A DNA stretch of 64,000 nucleotides from Leucoraja ocellata (taxonomy: Eukaryota). Both the position numbers and the translations under genes were made by a program. The notes under the pieces were generated by a model. The model searched no databases, was not told the origin of the DNA, and saw nothing but the letters and a program-made list of their open reading frames with translations. Below are positions 35,715 to 50,050 of the stretch, piece after piece; the stretch's first letter is position 1, and every line of letters begins with the position of its first letter. Location: contig JAWMAR010000136.1 in the NCBI GenBank assembly GCA_036785375.1, positions 1,550,001 through 1,614,000 of the forward strand, written 5' to 3'.

Positions 35715-38327
35715 CTGGGGAAAGGGAAAGAAAACATGTATTTGACAATCGAATGCTAATTTCAACACATAGCTTGTCAGTTGTGATTATTAGATCAGTC
35801 ACCCTGAGGTATCATTAGCATTGGCTTTTTGCTCCCTCAGTAGAAAGCATCACTTTGGTAACACTTTGTCAGAAGGCTGTGGGCTTGCATCCTACTCTGG
35901 AGACGTTCAACACGAAGGGCAATGTCAACCTGCATCTTCCACAGTTGTAATTAATTCAGTACTAGTTTGCTCACTCGCTTCTCGTTAAAATTGGGAAATC
36001 CAGATTCCATTCTGATAAAGTTACACAGATTCACATCTCAGGATGAATTGTGTATATTATTGACGATGAACAATATTTGTTACTTTAGACTACCAACGTT
36101 GTGCCATGTGATTAACTGCTCTCTGGGCTGTAATGATATCCAGAGTGAATTCCAGAGAGGAATTCCTTGAGAAACCCTTGAATCAAAAGTTTGCACCTTG
36201 GTCTTCTTGTGCACCGAGAGTATTTGTCCGTATATTCTGCAAATGGACTTTGTTGGGCATAAAGAATCAATAACGATCTTGTACGTCGCAGAGGGCAATT
36301 TAGGAGTGTTCCGCAAAACTGCCCATTGTACTTCTGCAGATCAGTCATCAATGCAAGTATATAACTGAGGTATAACTTTCGGATAAGACTGTGGATGGTT
36401 CGATTGTAATCACGTATTGTGTTTCCGCTGACTGGTTAGCAGGCAACATGAGCTTTTCACTGTACCTCGGTACACATGATAATAAACAATAAACTAAGCT
36501 GCTACCTCAATGGCCTCTAGATCTAAAAATCCGTATCCAATAACTTTTTGGATTACTCCTATAACATGATTGAAACAATAGAATGAATACGTAATCCCAA
36601 CTTTCTTGGAGCTTTTCACTGAAGAAAGTTCTCTGTTCTAGGTTATTCAGATCGAAAACAAAGGCTTTATCGTAGTATGCATCGAAAGCCATTTGCCAGT
36701 TTCAAGGTATAATAATCTCCAACACAGGTGCTCATGCAGCTAGGCTGAATATTGGGAACAATCACTAAAACAAAAATGAAGCCAACAAACTGAAAACAAT
36801 ATTCAACCAGACCTATATTTTAAATTATTAAAATATTAGGTTCAAATGTATTTTAATTACCATAGTAATCATATTTTAGCTTTACAGTCCATCTTTTCCA
36901 TCGCTTTTTTTTAAAACGTTCTGTTTATTACCAGAATGCATTTTGTCAATAGAGCATCAATTTGTTACAATTCCTACTAAAGGCTGCTTTAGACCACAAT
37001 AATATAACCATGCTTCTAAAAATAGTCTTCACTGCTATCCTGCTAGACGATTGTGCTTGATAATAGCTTTCGTGTATCATAAAGTATCTGTTCATGAAGC
37101 CCGGGTCTCTTGACTCATTGCTGGGGTCACTGTCTTAACTGACTCAAATCCATGCGTCCTCTCTGTTTGACTGAATATGTAGATGTGGAGCATCACATGG
37201 GTTCAGCAAACACGGAGAAACACTTGCACAGTTGAATTGTCACAAAACGACTCCTACAACTCATTGTAGCTGAGTCTTCGCTGGTTTAAGAGGGAAGTGA
37301 AACCAGGATATGATGGTTGACTACACCCATGAAGGTATTATAAAATTATGAAGACAATAGATAAGATGTAATCAAAAATGAATTAATTTGAAAGTACTTT
37401 TCCCTAGAGACTTATCCGGCCGTCTTTCATGCTTTGGTTGTAACTAGAATAATATACTCGGAGAATTCAGGAGTTTTCATTTAATGAACATGTTAAGAAC
37501 CATAATACTGTGGCCAATTCTCTGACAAACCTATTGCACCCAAACTTGGGAGTGTCATAAACATGTTGTATAGATTATGCAGCAAACAGCTACAATGATT
37601 TAATGTTCTTAATTTAAAGAGATTAAGTAAAGTAAGTATAATTTCACACAGAACAAAATAATGCATGATTATATGTTCTTTAGTCCACCAGAAGGCTGTT
37701 TGACAAGTTATTATTATTTCGATGCACTGCCAGGAAATGGTACGATTATTCATTGTAGTACAAAATGTTGAAAGGCACTTCACAATATCAGTAAGCAATT
37801 AGCCCAACAAGCAGAGGTGATTGCTCAGAGAGTGAGTAATGTTTCTCCCATCTTCAGAACCTAACGCAAACTAGAACAAGTATTCCACCCAAGCAACTTT
37901 GTTAACTACAGTATCTGTTTGTATTGACAGTCACTCAGCTGCCCTCTGCTTCCCACATCAGCCTTTCTACTGTATCTTGGGTCCTTCCAAGTCCAGTCCA
38001 GCAGAATTCTCAGTGTAAAAACAAGGGATTGCAGATGTTGGTTTACACAAAAGGACACAAAGTGCTGGAGTAACTCACAGGAATGCTTAAGACAAACCAA
38101 GACACTCATCCAATAACACTTATGGTGTCAATGATAGTGAACACACAGAACACACAGCAAATATGTACATGGATAGAAAAGGTTTAGAGAGCCAAACATG
38201 GGCAGGTGGGACTTGTGAAGATGGAGCATCTTGGTTAGCATGGGCAAGTTGGGCCGAAGGGTCTGTTTCCATGCTGCATGACTCTTTAACACTTTAAAAT
38301 AGGATTACCAAATCTTTAATGCTGTCT

Positions 38328-38485
38328 GAGCTTGTGGAATGGGCAGGCCAATGGGAGCTTGTGGAATGGGCAGGCCAATGGGAGCTTGTGGAATGGGCAG
38401 GCCAATGGGAGCTTGGGGAATGGGCAGGCCAATGGGAGCTTGTGGAATGGGCAGGCCAATGGGAGCTTGTGGAATGGGCAGGCCA
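38328..38485. repeat. 27-bp minisatellite, ~5.8 copies (gagcttgtggaatgggcaggccaatgg)
   Basis: near-identical tandem units with one substitution. Confidence 0.95.
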
Positions 38486-38957
38486 TTATTTGCGTATTAT
38501 CTTCAGCAATAGCATGTGCACTTCCTTGTTAATTATTTGTGAAGTCATAATTGGCCTGCTTGATAATAGTATCATCCTTATAACACGATGTGAGAAGTCC
38601 TTCTGCAGACCATAGTGCCGCTTGATACTTCAGTGTAACTGCATGCTGCCTTGTTGCCATAAGCAGAGGAAACATTACATAAAGACTTCCTGCTGAGATG
38701 AATTCACAAAACCATGTGGTACAAACTAACTAACAGCAAAAGGTTTTGTTTCCTCATTCAATCATCAGTAGCAAATCAGATTATACAGTCATCCATTGTA
38801 CAATTGAATATATCTTGAAAACTAATTATCATCATGCTTCCATGCTGAACACCAGTGGCAACAATTCAGGATAAAAACCCGACCATTGTAAAAATTTTAT
38901 AAAATACACTGAGAATATCATAGAGGCTTTTCAAATGCTTAATATACCGGGAGTATT

Positions 38958-39225
38958 AGCCCTGTCCCACAGTGCGAGTTCATTTCAAGAGCTCTCCCGA
39001 GTTTAAAAAAAAATCGAACTCGTGGTAAGCATGGAGAATGAACATAGCGGGTATATCGGAGCTTGGGGGCGTCTCTTAGTGCTAACGGCAAGTACTCGGG
39101 AAGACTTCTAACAGCAGGTAAGCATGGGAAGACTTGTGAAGATTTTTCAACATGATGAAAAATGTCCACGAGAGCCCCGAGTACCGACGAGTGGCCATTA
39201 CTATAAATCTCCAAGTTCGAATCAG
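38958..39225. mobile_element. truncated Harbinger-type MITE
   Basis: starts agccctgtcccac, similar to the TIR at 13582; CpG-rich body; second TIR not seen. Confidence 0.5.
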
Positions 39226-39647
39226 GTTACAGGTATAAATTCACCATTTCAGTGAATAAAGTAATTGATAAATTGTGGCATTGCACATAGTAAATTCATC
39301 TTATTTTCAAAGAATAAAAATAAGAAGAGCACTATTCCGTAGCCTTCATACAGTAAATTGTGTCTGTGGTAACTTGTGATGGGTCGCGACAAGAACCTCT
39401 CAAAAAGATTCTTCTCAAAATTTGGAAAATGTTATATCCTGTTTACTTTGAATCCATCCTAATTTATTTTAGATCTTCTTTGAATAATTTTAATAATTCA
39501 TATTAGAATTATCAAGCTTTTTTTTGTCACAAAGCTTTTGTTGCATGATATTTATCTGTGATAATAGGTAACAAATTGAAATGATTCGAAAAAAGGCCAA
39601 GCAACATTTAATATTTAAGTAAAAAATATTATCCCAAATTAATTTGT

Positions 39648-42541
39648 TTAAAATATAAATTGCACACTATGCAAAGGATTTCTCTGATTGTATATCTCAC
39701 TCCAAACCCAAAATGTTATGATATTTTATTTATAGTTGAGATAAAATGATTAAAATTTAAAAATAGACAATTTGTAGTGAACTACTATTTTTTATTGTGG
39801 TCACCAGAGCTATACAAAAGGCACATCCAGCTGCATACCACACAATGCTCTCACTTACAAATGCTGCAGTTAACCACATTGTACAACTGCAGCTCCAAAC
39901 CAGGCCAAGCATAAGAACTGCAAGCGTAAAGCCACTGTCCCTTCCAATCTTTGCAAATTTCCTTTTTACTTTGGCTTCTTGTAACAGTTCACTGCACAAG
40001 CAAGCTGAAATGCGATTTCTTGTATGAAGGCTGCTATTGTTCCATCCACTTTTTATTTCCTCTGTTCTTTGACAAGAACAACTTAGAGCGTAGAACACTG
40101 GGACTTTTCAAATCCTGCCCTATTACACCATTTAATCTCTTTAAGATGGAAGAAATGATGTATCAATGGACCAATGCTATATTTCTGTGATTAAAATCCA
40201 ATTTATTTGCTTCAGTGACTAGCAGGAAAAGCCAAAATCTGAATTAGCAGGATTACTTTAATCATAATTTCAAGATATTTTAAAATTCAAATCAATAACA
40301 AATATTTGTAAATTGTTTTATTCATTTTTTAATTGCTACATAATTTTCTTTTATTTAAAATTTGGGACCTAGAATGCATGTAGGATTTTGATACTCAGCT
40401 ATTTTTTAATAATTGATTTTTCACTGAGTATCATCATTATTGGTGTAGAAATGCGACTTGATTTTTCAGTGCAAAATGGGTAGTATAGCATGAGATCTTC
40501 CCCAAACCAACCAAGATAATCTGGCCAATATTCAGTATATGTGTAGCTGATACATTAGCTCCCTTTTGTTTTGCTATTTCAGTGCAATTTTCTACTTTTG
40601 CATGTAAATAGTGTCAGATTTGCTGATTTAAAACCTGTTGTGGCCATCCACTGGCTGTTAGTCAAATTGCCCTCCAAATAAACAATACAACAAACCATAA
40701 AGGGTGGAACAGATAAGGTCATTGCCAGAGAATACAGGTTTTTACTAAATCCTAGTTGAGTAAGGAAACTCATCCAATGAGGAATGCAGAGCAGAAAGAT
40801 GAAACCCAGTCAAGAAAACCATACCATTTTCAGGGAGAAATGCGAAAAGCCAAAATCTGGACCATCCTGTCAAAGATTGGAAAGTAAACCTGCTTTGATT
40901 TAGAGTAAGGACAATACAATGGCAGGCGATCTTTTGTCTTCTCTGAAGGCATTTATTAAACTCAGTTTATATTCACTTTTTGTAGGTGCAAGATATTGTA
41001 AATTTTAAAAGAAAATACTGCAACTGGATAAGCAGTGCTTGTTCATGTGTTCATAAGTGAAAGGAGCAGAATTAGGCCAGTCTACCATTCAATCATGGCT
41101 GATTCATCTAACCCCATGCTTCCTAACCCCATTCTCCTGCCTTCTTCCAATAACTCCTGACACCCATACTAATCAACAATCTATCTATCTCTGCCTTAAA
41201 AATATCCACTGACCCGGCCTCCACAGTGCTCTGTGGGAATAAATTCCGCAGATTCACCACGCGCTGACAAATGAAATTTCTCCTCATCTCCTTCCTAAAG
41301 GACCATCCTTTAATTCTGAGGCTATAACCTCTAGTCCTAGATTCTCCCACTAGTGGACACCTCCTCTCCACATCCACTCTATCCAGGCCCAAGTCAAACT
41401 TGCAGCTATGAACAGCATTTCCAAAATACATATGCTAAATATTCTCTCTTGCACGTTGCCCAGAATGGATTAGCATCGATAGATTCCTTCCCACATCAAG
41501 GTGGATGTATTTTGGACCCAATTTCCTCTAACCTTGGCCTGGTTTTGTAAAGCAGCATTTCATTTTTTCAGAAATCTGCGTGTTTAAATTTTCAGATCTA
41601 TAGTTGTGGTGAAGTAATACTGTACATTTATGTTGAAACGATCTGGGTGATGAGAAATGTGGAGAACGAGTGGTCAGAACACATCACGCTTTGGTTAACA
41701 AAGGCCTGTACATTGCACTCTAAATGTGCTGCAGTGGAAGGCAAGGCATTCCGCTGTCTTGAGGATTTTTTTTTTGGGTGATTCCAATGCACTCTTGAAC
41801 AGGAAATGCATGGGGGATGGTGTATTTAGCCTTGAGTGAAGCAAGTGAAAAGAAGTAGCAAAGCAGTGACAATAAAGAAACGCCAGTGATAAGTCACAGC
41901 AGGAAAAATATTCCAATGGCATTGATGGCATTCAAGCTTCAATTTCACATATTCATTTAATAAGCTGGGGGACAGATAAACTGTCACGCAGCCTAATATC
42001 GAGAATCATATATAACTTGAAAAAGTCCAATCAAATCCAATCAACCCAATTAAATCAAATTGACTCCACATTATCCAGTCTCACTGTTGTATTATCAGTC
42101 TGAAGAAGGGTCTTGGCCCGAAACGTCGCCTATGCATTCTCTCCATAGATGCTGCCTCACCTGCTGAGTTTCTTCAGCTTTTTTGTCTACCTGCTGTATT
42201 TAAAGGTCTCTTTTTTCCAAACAACTAAATTATTTTCAAAGTCATCATAAACTGTTAATAGCAAACAGAGAATTAGACCTTTTTTTCTAAATTTACTCTC
42301 AATGAATTTCACTTCAAAACTTTCTTGCTGCTCCCCTTGTGAAATGTTATGTCACTCTCTCATAATTCAACTTGCCCTTTCATCCTTTTAACCGTTGCAG
42401 AGTTGACTAAATAAAAGGGCTTTTCCTTTCCAGCCTCTTAATGAACAATTCCACGTCCTGGTGGCTTTGTGGAGAATTCATGCTGCACTTTTTCCAGAAA
42501 TGAATTTCCTCTACAGAATTCCTCCCTAACTTCAGTAGGTC
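39648..42541. repeat. copy 1 of a ~3-kb direct duplication (in the IgSF post-TM intron)
   Basis: colinear similarity with 59602-62883, including a shared CR1 fragment (about 41110-41388 vs 61610-61880). Confidence 0.92.
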
Positions 42542-43020
42542 AAACAAGTTCAAGATCACTGCAGAGAAGTTCAAGATCATTTCCTTTTCTATTATAATGG
42601 TCAATAATTTTGAAAGACTCGTAGAGACTCAAAGAATTGTAGAAACCCCCCCCCCCCATGTCTCTAGAATGCAAAACAGAACATAGTTGCACTACTTGTT
42701 TTTCCACTTTGTAGTGCATCTCTTTATCTTAATTTAAATATTTCCCATAAAAAGTCTTAATTTTTATTTCCAAAAGGTGCTCACTCAAAATGTCTGCACT
42801 ACTCCAACATACTAATCATATTTTAAAAATTTGCCTGTAATGTAGTTCCTGATTCCAATTTTGAAAATGGCTTGCCAAGTTTTGTGTTTGTCTATGAATT
42901 AATAAATAATATTATTTTCAATTAGGACAGCACAGTGGCACAGCCATAGAATTACTGACCAGAGACCCGGGTTTAATCCTGACTACAGGTGCTATCTACA
43001 GTATATAGAGTTTGTACCTT

Positions 43021-43582
43021 ACAGGGACTCGAAAGAGGCAGCACATATCGCCAATTCTGGCCTCCCTCCACTGGCTCCCGGTGCACTTTCGAGTTCATTT
43101 TAAGATACTGTTATTTGTTTTTAAATCTCTGAATGGGCTTGCCCCGCCTTACCTCTCTGAGCTGCTCCACCCATAAGCTCCTGCCCGGTCCCTCAGGTCA
43201 GCTGGTCAGCTGCTCCTGGAGGTACCAAGGTCTAGTCGGAGGCTCAGAGGGGATAGAGCCTTCTCTGTTGCTGATCCGGCACTCTGGAACACCCTGCCGT
43301 TGCACATCAGACAGGCCCCCTCTCTGTCCATCTTCAAATCCAGTGTTAAAACACATTTGTACTCCCTGGCTTTTGACCATGCCTGAGGCTTTGCTTCTGT
43401 GTGTGGTGTTTTTGATGTTTCTTTATTTTACTTGTCTTTTCCTACTATTTCTTTTGATTGTTATTTTTGGTGTATATTAACTTTTTTTGAAAATGATTAG
43501 TGATGTACAGCACTTTGTTGCAGCTATGTTTGTTTTTAAAGTGCTCTATAAATAAAATTATTATTATTATTATTATTATTAT
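43021..43582 (+). mobile_element. L2-clade LINE 3' fragment with (ATT)n tail, inserted into an HE1-like SINE (about 42925-43768)
   Basis: HISPILASLHWLPVHFRVHFKILLFVFKSLNGLAPPYL motif; TSD TACCTT at 43015-43020 and 43583-43588; SINE halves on both sides. Confidence 0.82.
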
Positions 43583-44016
43583 TACCTTCTCCCTGTTACC
43601 GCATGGGTTTTCTCCTGGTGCTCTGGTTTCTTCCCACATGTAATTTCCCCCCAGTGTGTAGGATGCGAAAGTGGGATAACAGAACTAGTGTAAGGGTGAT
43701 CATTGCCCAGTGCTGTCTCGATGGGCTGACGAGCCTGTTTCCACGCTGTATCTCTAAACTAAACTAAATTCATTTTTGAAACCAGTGCATTGCTGCAAAA
43801 TATTGAACAAGATCTTTCATGATCTTCTAACTTGAAATGTAACACTTATTTCACCAAAGAGAGGCTTAGCCATGAAATTAACCCAACAAGCAACACATAG
43901 GATATCAAAACGGATTGTGAAATAACACGATTGATTAAAAACCACATTATTTTTCAGCTGGCTAACGTTGTCGATTTGGTTAACACCTACAACCAACGAT
44001 TTATTTTAAGTTTTAC

Positions 44017-44115
44017 CTTTCCGTTGCCTCTTGCAGTTCAGACAAACATATATTATTGCCAAAATCATGGCAGTAGTTAGGGGGATCAGGACCAGAGCAT
44101 AAAGAAAAGGATAAT
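44017..44115 (-). CDS. IgSF receptor, transmembrane exon (D)YPFLYALVLIPLTTAMILAIIYVCLNCKRQRK
   Basis: ttttctttcacag|...AAAG|gtaaaa; 99 nt, phase 1->1; uncharged TM followed by a basic stop-transfer sequence. Confidence 0.92.
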
Positions 44116-44364
44116 CTGTGAAAGAAAATTCAAGATGTCAACTAAATGTAATGTTTCAGCTCTGAGAGACATTAAAAGGTTTTAAAAAGCACTGCAATCG
44201 TTTTACTTTATTTGACAACAGCGTACATATTTCTTTCAATTCCAGAAGTCACTGCCATTAATAAACAAAAATGCAGCACTCTAATGTTTAATTTTGTTAA
44301 ATCTACAATGGAAAAACACTATAAAATCAAAGCATTTGAAGATGACAACAGTAAATAGTCGTTA

Positions 44365-44950
44365 CATACATAGACATAGAAAATAGGTGCATGAGTAGGC
44401 CATTCAGCCCTTCGAGCCTCCGTCATTCAATATGATCATGGCTGACCATCCAACTCAGTATCCTGTACCTGCCTTCTTCCATACCCCCTGACTCCTTTAG
44501 CCACAAGGGCCACATCTAAGTCCCTCTTAAATATAGCCAATGAACTGGCTTCAACTACATTCTGTGGTAGATAATTCTCGAGATTCACCATTCGCTGTGT
44601 AAAAAATGTTTTTCTCATCTCAGTTCTAAAAGATTTCCCCTTTATCCTTAAACTATGACCCCTTGTTCTGGACTTCCCCAACATCGGGAACAATCTTCCT
44701 GCATCTAGCCTGTCCAACCCCTTAAGAATTTTGTAAGTTTCTATAAGATCCCCCCTCAATCTTCTAAATTCTAGCGAATACAAGCCAAGTCTATCCAGCC
44801 TTTCTTCATATGAAAGTCCTGACATCCCAGGAATCAGTCTGGTGAACCTTCTCTGTACCCCCTCTATGGCAAGAATGTCCTTCCTCAGATTAGGAGACCA
44901 AAACTGTACGCAATACTCCAGGTGTGGTCTCACCAAGACTCTGTACAACT
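44365..44950 (-). mobile_element. CR1/HER1-type LINE 3' fragment
   Basis: LYRVLVRPHLEYCVQFWSP...RGDLIETYKILKG. Confidence 0.9.
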
Positions 44951-45108
44951 TTACTATATATGATTTGTAAAATAAATAAAATATTACAATTGATCAATCA
45001 CTAAGATCAATAAAAAAGACATTGAACTAATTAAGCTGAGGTCTAAGAATGATTCTACCTCAATGAACATTGTTAGCTGTGCACATGTATAATTACATTT
45101 CTATTTAC

Positions 45109-45426
45109 CTTTCCGTTTTGTGTTTATCGAGATACTTCTGTTTCTCCAGCCGTAGTCGTTTTTTGCCATGCACCAATACATTCCTTCATCTTTATGCTGG
45201 AAACGTGTCCATTCTTTTGAACTGTTGAACCCGACTCCAGTTTGCAACGTTACATTATGATTCTCCGTGGCATTTGTCCAGAAAACAGTGGGCACCGGAT
45301 TACTGTCTACGCGACAATTCAGTTCCAGAAATGAATCAGCAGCAACAAAGATGATGCTATCATTGATCAGTCGAAAAGTATCCACTGCTTTCAACCTGTA
45401 TGTTATTAATAGATCTTGTGGTCCAT
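45109..45426 (-). CDS. IgSF receptor, Ig domain 3 (C2/I-set)
   Basis: accgttag|AT...AAAG|gtaaat; 318 nt, phase 1->1; YGP linker, LNCRVDSNP..VFW...DEGMYWCMAKNDYG. Confidence 0.93.
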
Positions 45427-46792
45427 CTAACGGTAAAGATAATGTACACTTTATTGTAGATTAAAGCAATGTGAAAATAATTAACATGCAAGTAGACACA
45501 GAACAGCTATTCACAATCAAACTTTGCACTTCTGAAAGCTAATCATTCTCAAGGGACCTCAGTATAACTCGGACTGCCACTGAAGCCAAGTTGGAAAGAA
45601 TCAGATACGTAACAAAAAGCTAAGCTTGTTCTTGTCTATGGAGAGTGAGGGATTGATGCGGACAGGAAAGTGAATGCTAGAGTGAATGCTAGAGCTTAAT
45701 GAACCATTTGCATGGTGAAAGTTGAGATTCTTCGACATTATGACTGGAGAAATGTAGAATTGTTCGAGGGTTATATAGCTGGTAGTAGAGAAATTAAGTG
45801 TTTGGTAAACGTAGCAAATGGAGGTCCAAATTCCTAGGGAATATTGTTGGTGTGGCCATGAATAGAGGAGTTGATATTGAAAACAAAGTTAATGTAGGAC
45901 AGAGGGCTATGAACTCAAAGACCTAAGGTTAAGACAGGTACATAAGACGGGCATTGAAAATATTGAGAAGAAAATACCACTCATTGCAAAAGCTTGGAGA
46001 GAATAATCAACTTTTGTTGGTAGAGAAAGAGAGATATGAAGTACAAAACAAGCAGAGATGCAAACGGGTGAAGTGTTGCAGGAGATGGTGGTGGTGAAAG
46101 TTTTGGTGAAAGGGAACATAGAACCTCTGTGAGACCGTAGCCAAGAAGTTTGGAGAAGGAGCAATTAGTTATACTTGAAATACTTGAAATACTTTTATCA
46201 ATGCACACACGCACAATGAGGACTTAGATGGCAAAAGTCCAATTCTAAAATAAATAGGATAGAACATGAATATGGAAGGGAGAGGGATGATGAATATTGA
46301 TCCACCCTGTAAGTGTCATAAACTCTGATTGCGAAGGAAGGTTAGCAGGATTAGCTTTTAAGATTGCCTCAGTGGAGATGGGGAGACACACACATAGGAT
46401 TACCAAGAGATATCTATAAATAAGCTTCAAACTGAACTGAGAATGATTCAAATTTGGGAAATAATCATCATAGTTAGAAGACAATTAGGGGCAGATTAAT
46501 TAAAAGCAATTGAGAAAGGTGAATTGAAACTTTGGGTCTGAGTAACAGGACAAGAGAGGAAGGCAAAATAGAAGAAACCAAGAACAATATAAATGAGAGA
46601 AAATGTAAGTGATAAAACTAATGGAACTGGGTCAATGAGCAGGTAAAGTTGTTGCAGAAGATATTCAGTTAGACTGGTATAGATGGTGATGTACAGTGCA
46701 TATCAGTTATAACACAACAATATGCATACTATAAGAATTCAAAAATTAGCAATACAGTGAATACCACTTCAAAAGTTATAGATGATACTTAC

Positions 46793-47083
46793 ACATAATA
46801 TTTAGTTTGATCGTATTTACAGCTGGCCGTCCAAAAACGGAATGATTAATCTGACAACTGCAAACAGTTCCATTGTCTTCCACTCTTGGGACAATCTTGT
46901 AATGACTGGTGGCAACTAGTGTGCCATTCCTGTGTGTTTCAAAAGTTGGTGCAGTGATATTTGTAGAAGTGCATGTCCATGTAAAGGAGATATCCTTGTC
47001 ATACAATCCCTTGCCAGTGCAGGTTAGAGTGGATTCATGACCAGCAACCAAAGTATCACTCCGTATATACATTTCTGGAAGAT
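46793..47083 (-). CDS. IgSF receptor, Ig domain 2 (C1-like / CD80-type C2)
   Basis: cttctctcag|AT...ATGT|gtaagt; 291 nt, phase 1->1; LTCTGKGLYDKDISFTW...NGTL..TS...EDNGTVCSCQINHS. Confidence 0.93.
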
Positions 47084-47459
47084 CTGAGAGAAGATAAAGC
47101 ATAAAGTATTAAACTATATATCACACATTTCAATGTTAGTGAAACTTACTGACACAGTAAGTTGTCCAAAATGCTGCTCTATTTTCATAGAGAATATGTT
47201 AAATTAATGATGTAGAATTATAAAAAAATATAGCCCTTCTTTAGCTGAGACGCATCAAGGATCAAATATATGCTGGACCATTATAATATTATTCCATGGT
47301 CCTGGCAAAATGAGATCATGTATATCCAACAGATTCACAGTCTTTTGGTTAGGATTGGCGGTACTCGTAATGCACAGTAATGCACAGTAAAACATTTCAG
47401 TGAGAGACTAGTGGTAACTTGAGTTAATGATAATCACTGTAGAAATTTATGGTGTAGAA

Positions 47460-47694
47460 TAAGAGATCCCAACCTGGGATACATTTACCCCCAGAGGGTA
47501 AATTTCACCTACCTAGGGGGTAAATTTGTTGAGTCTGGATTTTGTACATATTTTTTCTCATTGACTGGCTATGTTTGGTTCTGGCATACCGGTATCTGTT
47601 CATCATTAGTTGTTCATATATAAGTGAAATAACAATGTTATGTGCTATTAAAGTTGCCAGTGGTAATCGGGACGAAAAAGGTTGAGAACCCCTG
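47460..47694. mobile_element. hAT (Charlie-like) MITE
   Basis: right TIR aggttgagaacccctg, degenerate left TIR ...tcccaacct; flanks gtgtagaa / gtgtagat resemble an 8-bp TSD. Confidence 0.65.
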
Positions 47695-48324
47695 GTGTAG
47701 ATACATGCTGCTCTAAAACATACGTTAAATTTACTCTCACTTCTCAAGTTCAAAGCCCTGTAAGTGATACACTTCAAGTGCTCATTCAGGTACATGAAAT
47801 TTGGTGAAGATTTCTACTTCTTTTACCCATTCTGGTGATGAGTTCCAGTCACTGCCACTGATTAAGTGAATTTATTTGTTTAAGAAGGAATTGCAGATGC
47901 TGAAAAATCGAAGGTACACATAAATGCTGGAGAAACTCAGCGGGTGCAGCAGCATCTAGGAGCGAAGGAAGCTTCATAGATGCTGCTGCACCCACTGAGT
48001 TTCTCCAGCATTTTTGTGTACGTCCGAGTGAATTTATTTGTTCACAACATCAACCCAATTCTTCTACCAGCTAAATTACATCTATGCTTCTAAGTTACTC
48101 CAGGCAACAAGATCCAAGTCCTTTCTGGTTTGTGCGTTGAGACCTCACGTAATTTAATGCACTGCAATTTAATTGCTCCTCAGACTAAATTGTTGCAAAC
48201 AAAGGTGACCAAGGCAGTCATATAATTTCCAACCGCTTAGCACCCTGCTCTACTCTTTTCTCACCCATAGCTATGTGGCTAAGCATAGCTCCAATGCCAT
48301 CTATCAACTCAACCATTGTGGTTA

Positions 48325-48930
48325 GCTGAATTATGGGTGGTGATCAGTCAGTGTGCAAGAGAGAGATGGAACAACTGGTTGAGTGGTGCTGCAACAACAA
48401 ACTCTCACTCAAGGTCAACAAAACAAAGTAGCAAACCATTGACTTTGGAACGGTGAAGTCGGGCGACAACATGCAGTTTTTAAGATTGGGTCAATGGTGG
48501 AATGAGTTAGCAACTTCAAATTCCTGGATGATAACATCTCAGATGACCTCTCTTAAGCAGAGCACATAGCTGTAATCATGAAAAAGATCTGCCACTGCCT
48601 CTACTTTGTTAGAAGTTTAAAAAGATTTGGCAGGTTATGCAACATGCAAAGAAACTTCTACTGATGTACTGTAGGAAGTATTCTGACTGGTTGCATCTTG
48701 GGCTGCTATGGAAATTTCAATGCATAGGAACTCAAGAGGCTAGACTCAGCTCAGGCAATCACAACCACAGGCCTCCCCACCTACATGCCTCAAGATGGTG
48801 GCATCCATTATCTCTCCATCCAAGCCTTGCCCTCTTCACACTGTTACCATATGGCAATGTATAAAAGCCTAGAGTATCACACCACCATGTTCAGAAACCA
48901 CTACTTTCCTACAACTTTTTTGAACCAACC
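48325..48930 (+). mobile_element. old Rex1/Babar-like LINE relic
   Basis: LVEWCCNNKLSLKVNKTK and NFKFL RT C-terminal remnants with many stops. Confidence 0.6.
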
Positions 48931-50050
48931 CACACGACCCCAATCCTCCCACGACAATGGAACACCATGGACTTGTTTGTTTTACTTATTGTGTTTTACA
49001 GTCTTCTTCCATTTTTTAGTCTTGTAGAATTTTATGTGATTAAATGTGATTATGTAATAAATTTACTTATAATTTATGTTTCTGTGTGCAGATTTTTGCT
49101 GCACCTGTACCTCACCGTTCTTGTGCCAATGACAGTAAACAGCTTGACTTGGCTAAGCTCTGTTTCCATTAATTCTTAGTACAAGAAGTGAACTCCCCTT
49201 AAAATGTTCCCTTCCATGCACCATCCCCATCTACCCACCATTGCTCACTCAAGATTCAAGATTCAAGATTCAATTTTAATTGTCATTGTCAGTGTACAGT
49301 ACAGAGACAACGAAATGCATTTAGCATCTCCTTTGAAGAGCGACATAGCAAACTCTGGGAAAGAGCTGCCAATTGCTATCCATTTCAATTCGCTTTTCCA
49401 TTCCCATACTGACCTGTCATCCCTTCCTCATTGGCAGATTGAGATCTATCACAAACTGAATCCTAACTGAATGCAGTCAATTAAACTATCTCAAAGAGTT
49501 ATTTTTTTAACTGTTGTAAAACCAGCTCATCCTTTGGTATGGATAGAATAGAACGTGAAAAGAAAGAAAAATGGAGCAATATTGTCACTGTTGGTATTCA
49601 TATACGATTTAAGATCAAATGAGACAACGCAACAGAATCACAAGCCGTGTATTACTAAAAAAAGCTGGAAACACCAACCTTGAAGTACCTCTGTGAAACA
49701 CAGAACTGCAGATTCTGGTTTACAAAAGAAAGAGTGCTGGAGTAACTCAGCGGGTCAGTCAACGTCTCAGGGGAACATGGTCTGAAGAAGGTCTAGACCA
49801 GATATGTTCTCCTGGAATGCTGCCTGACCCATTGAATTGCTCCAGCCCTTTGTGTGGTCATATGCCTTATTAATTTAGGTTGATCCAAAATGTGTTCATG
49901 TCATCTGATTTCTAATTGGGTCTGCTTGGTATTATGTCTGTTAAAGTATCTGTAAATGGCTTGGTTCAAATGTCACTGCGTTTAACATTATTGATTTCAT
50001 AAACATAAAGTGGCGAGACTGGAGATCATCATAGTATTACAATACTTTAC

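Noticed and set aside
36080-36430. ORF-like stretch ending IPLWNSL
   Set aside because: It resembles a decayed LINE C-terminus but is too degenerate to classify.
38328-38485. Possible CRISPR-like array
   Set aside because: Contiguous tandem units with no spacers, no cas genes, and a eukaryotic context.
41581-41800. Faint resemblance to the LanC-like protein C-terminus
   Set aside because: Only scattered residues match, with stops, and the match is not preserved in the second copy.
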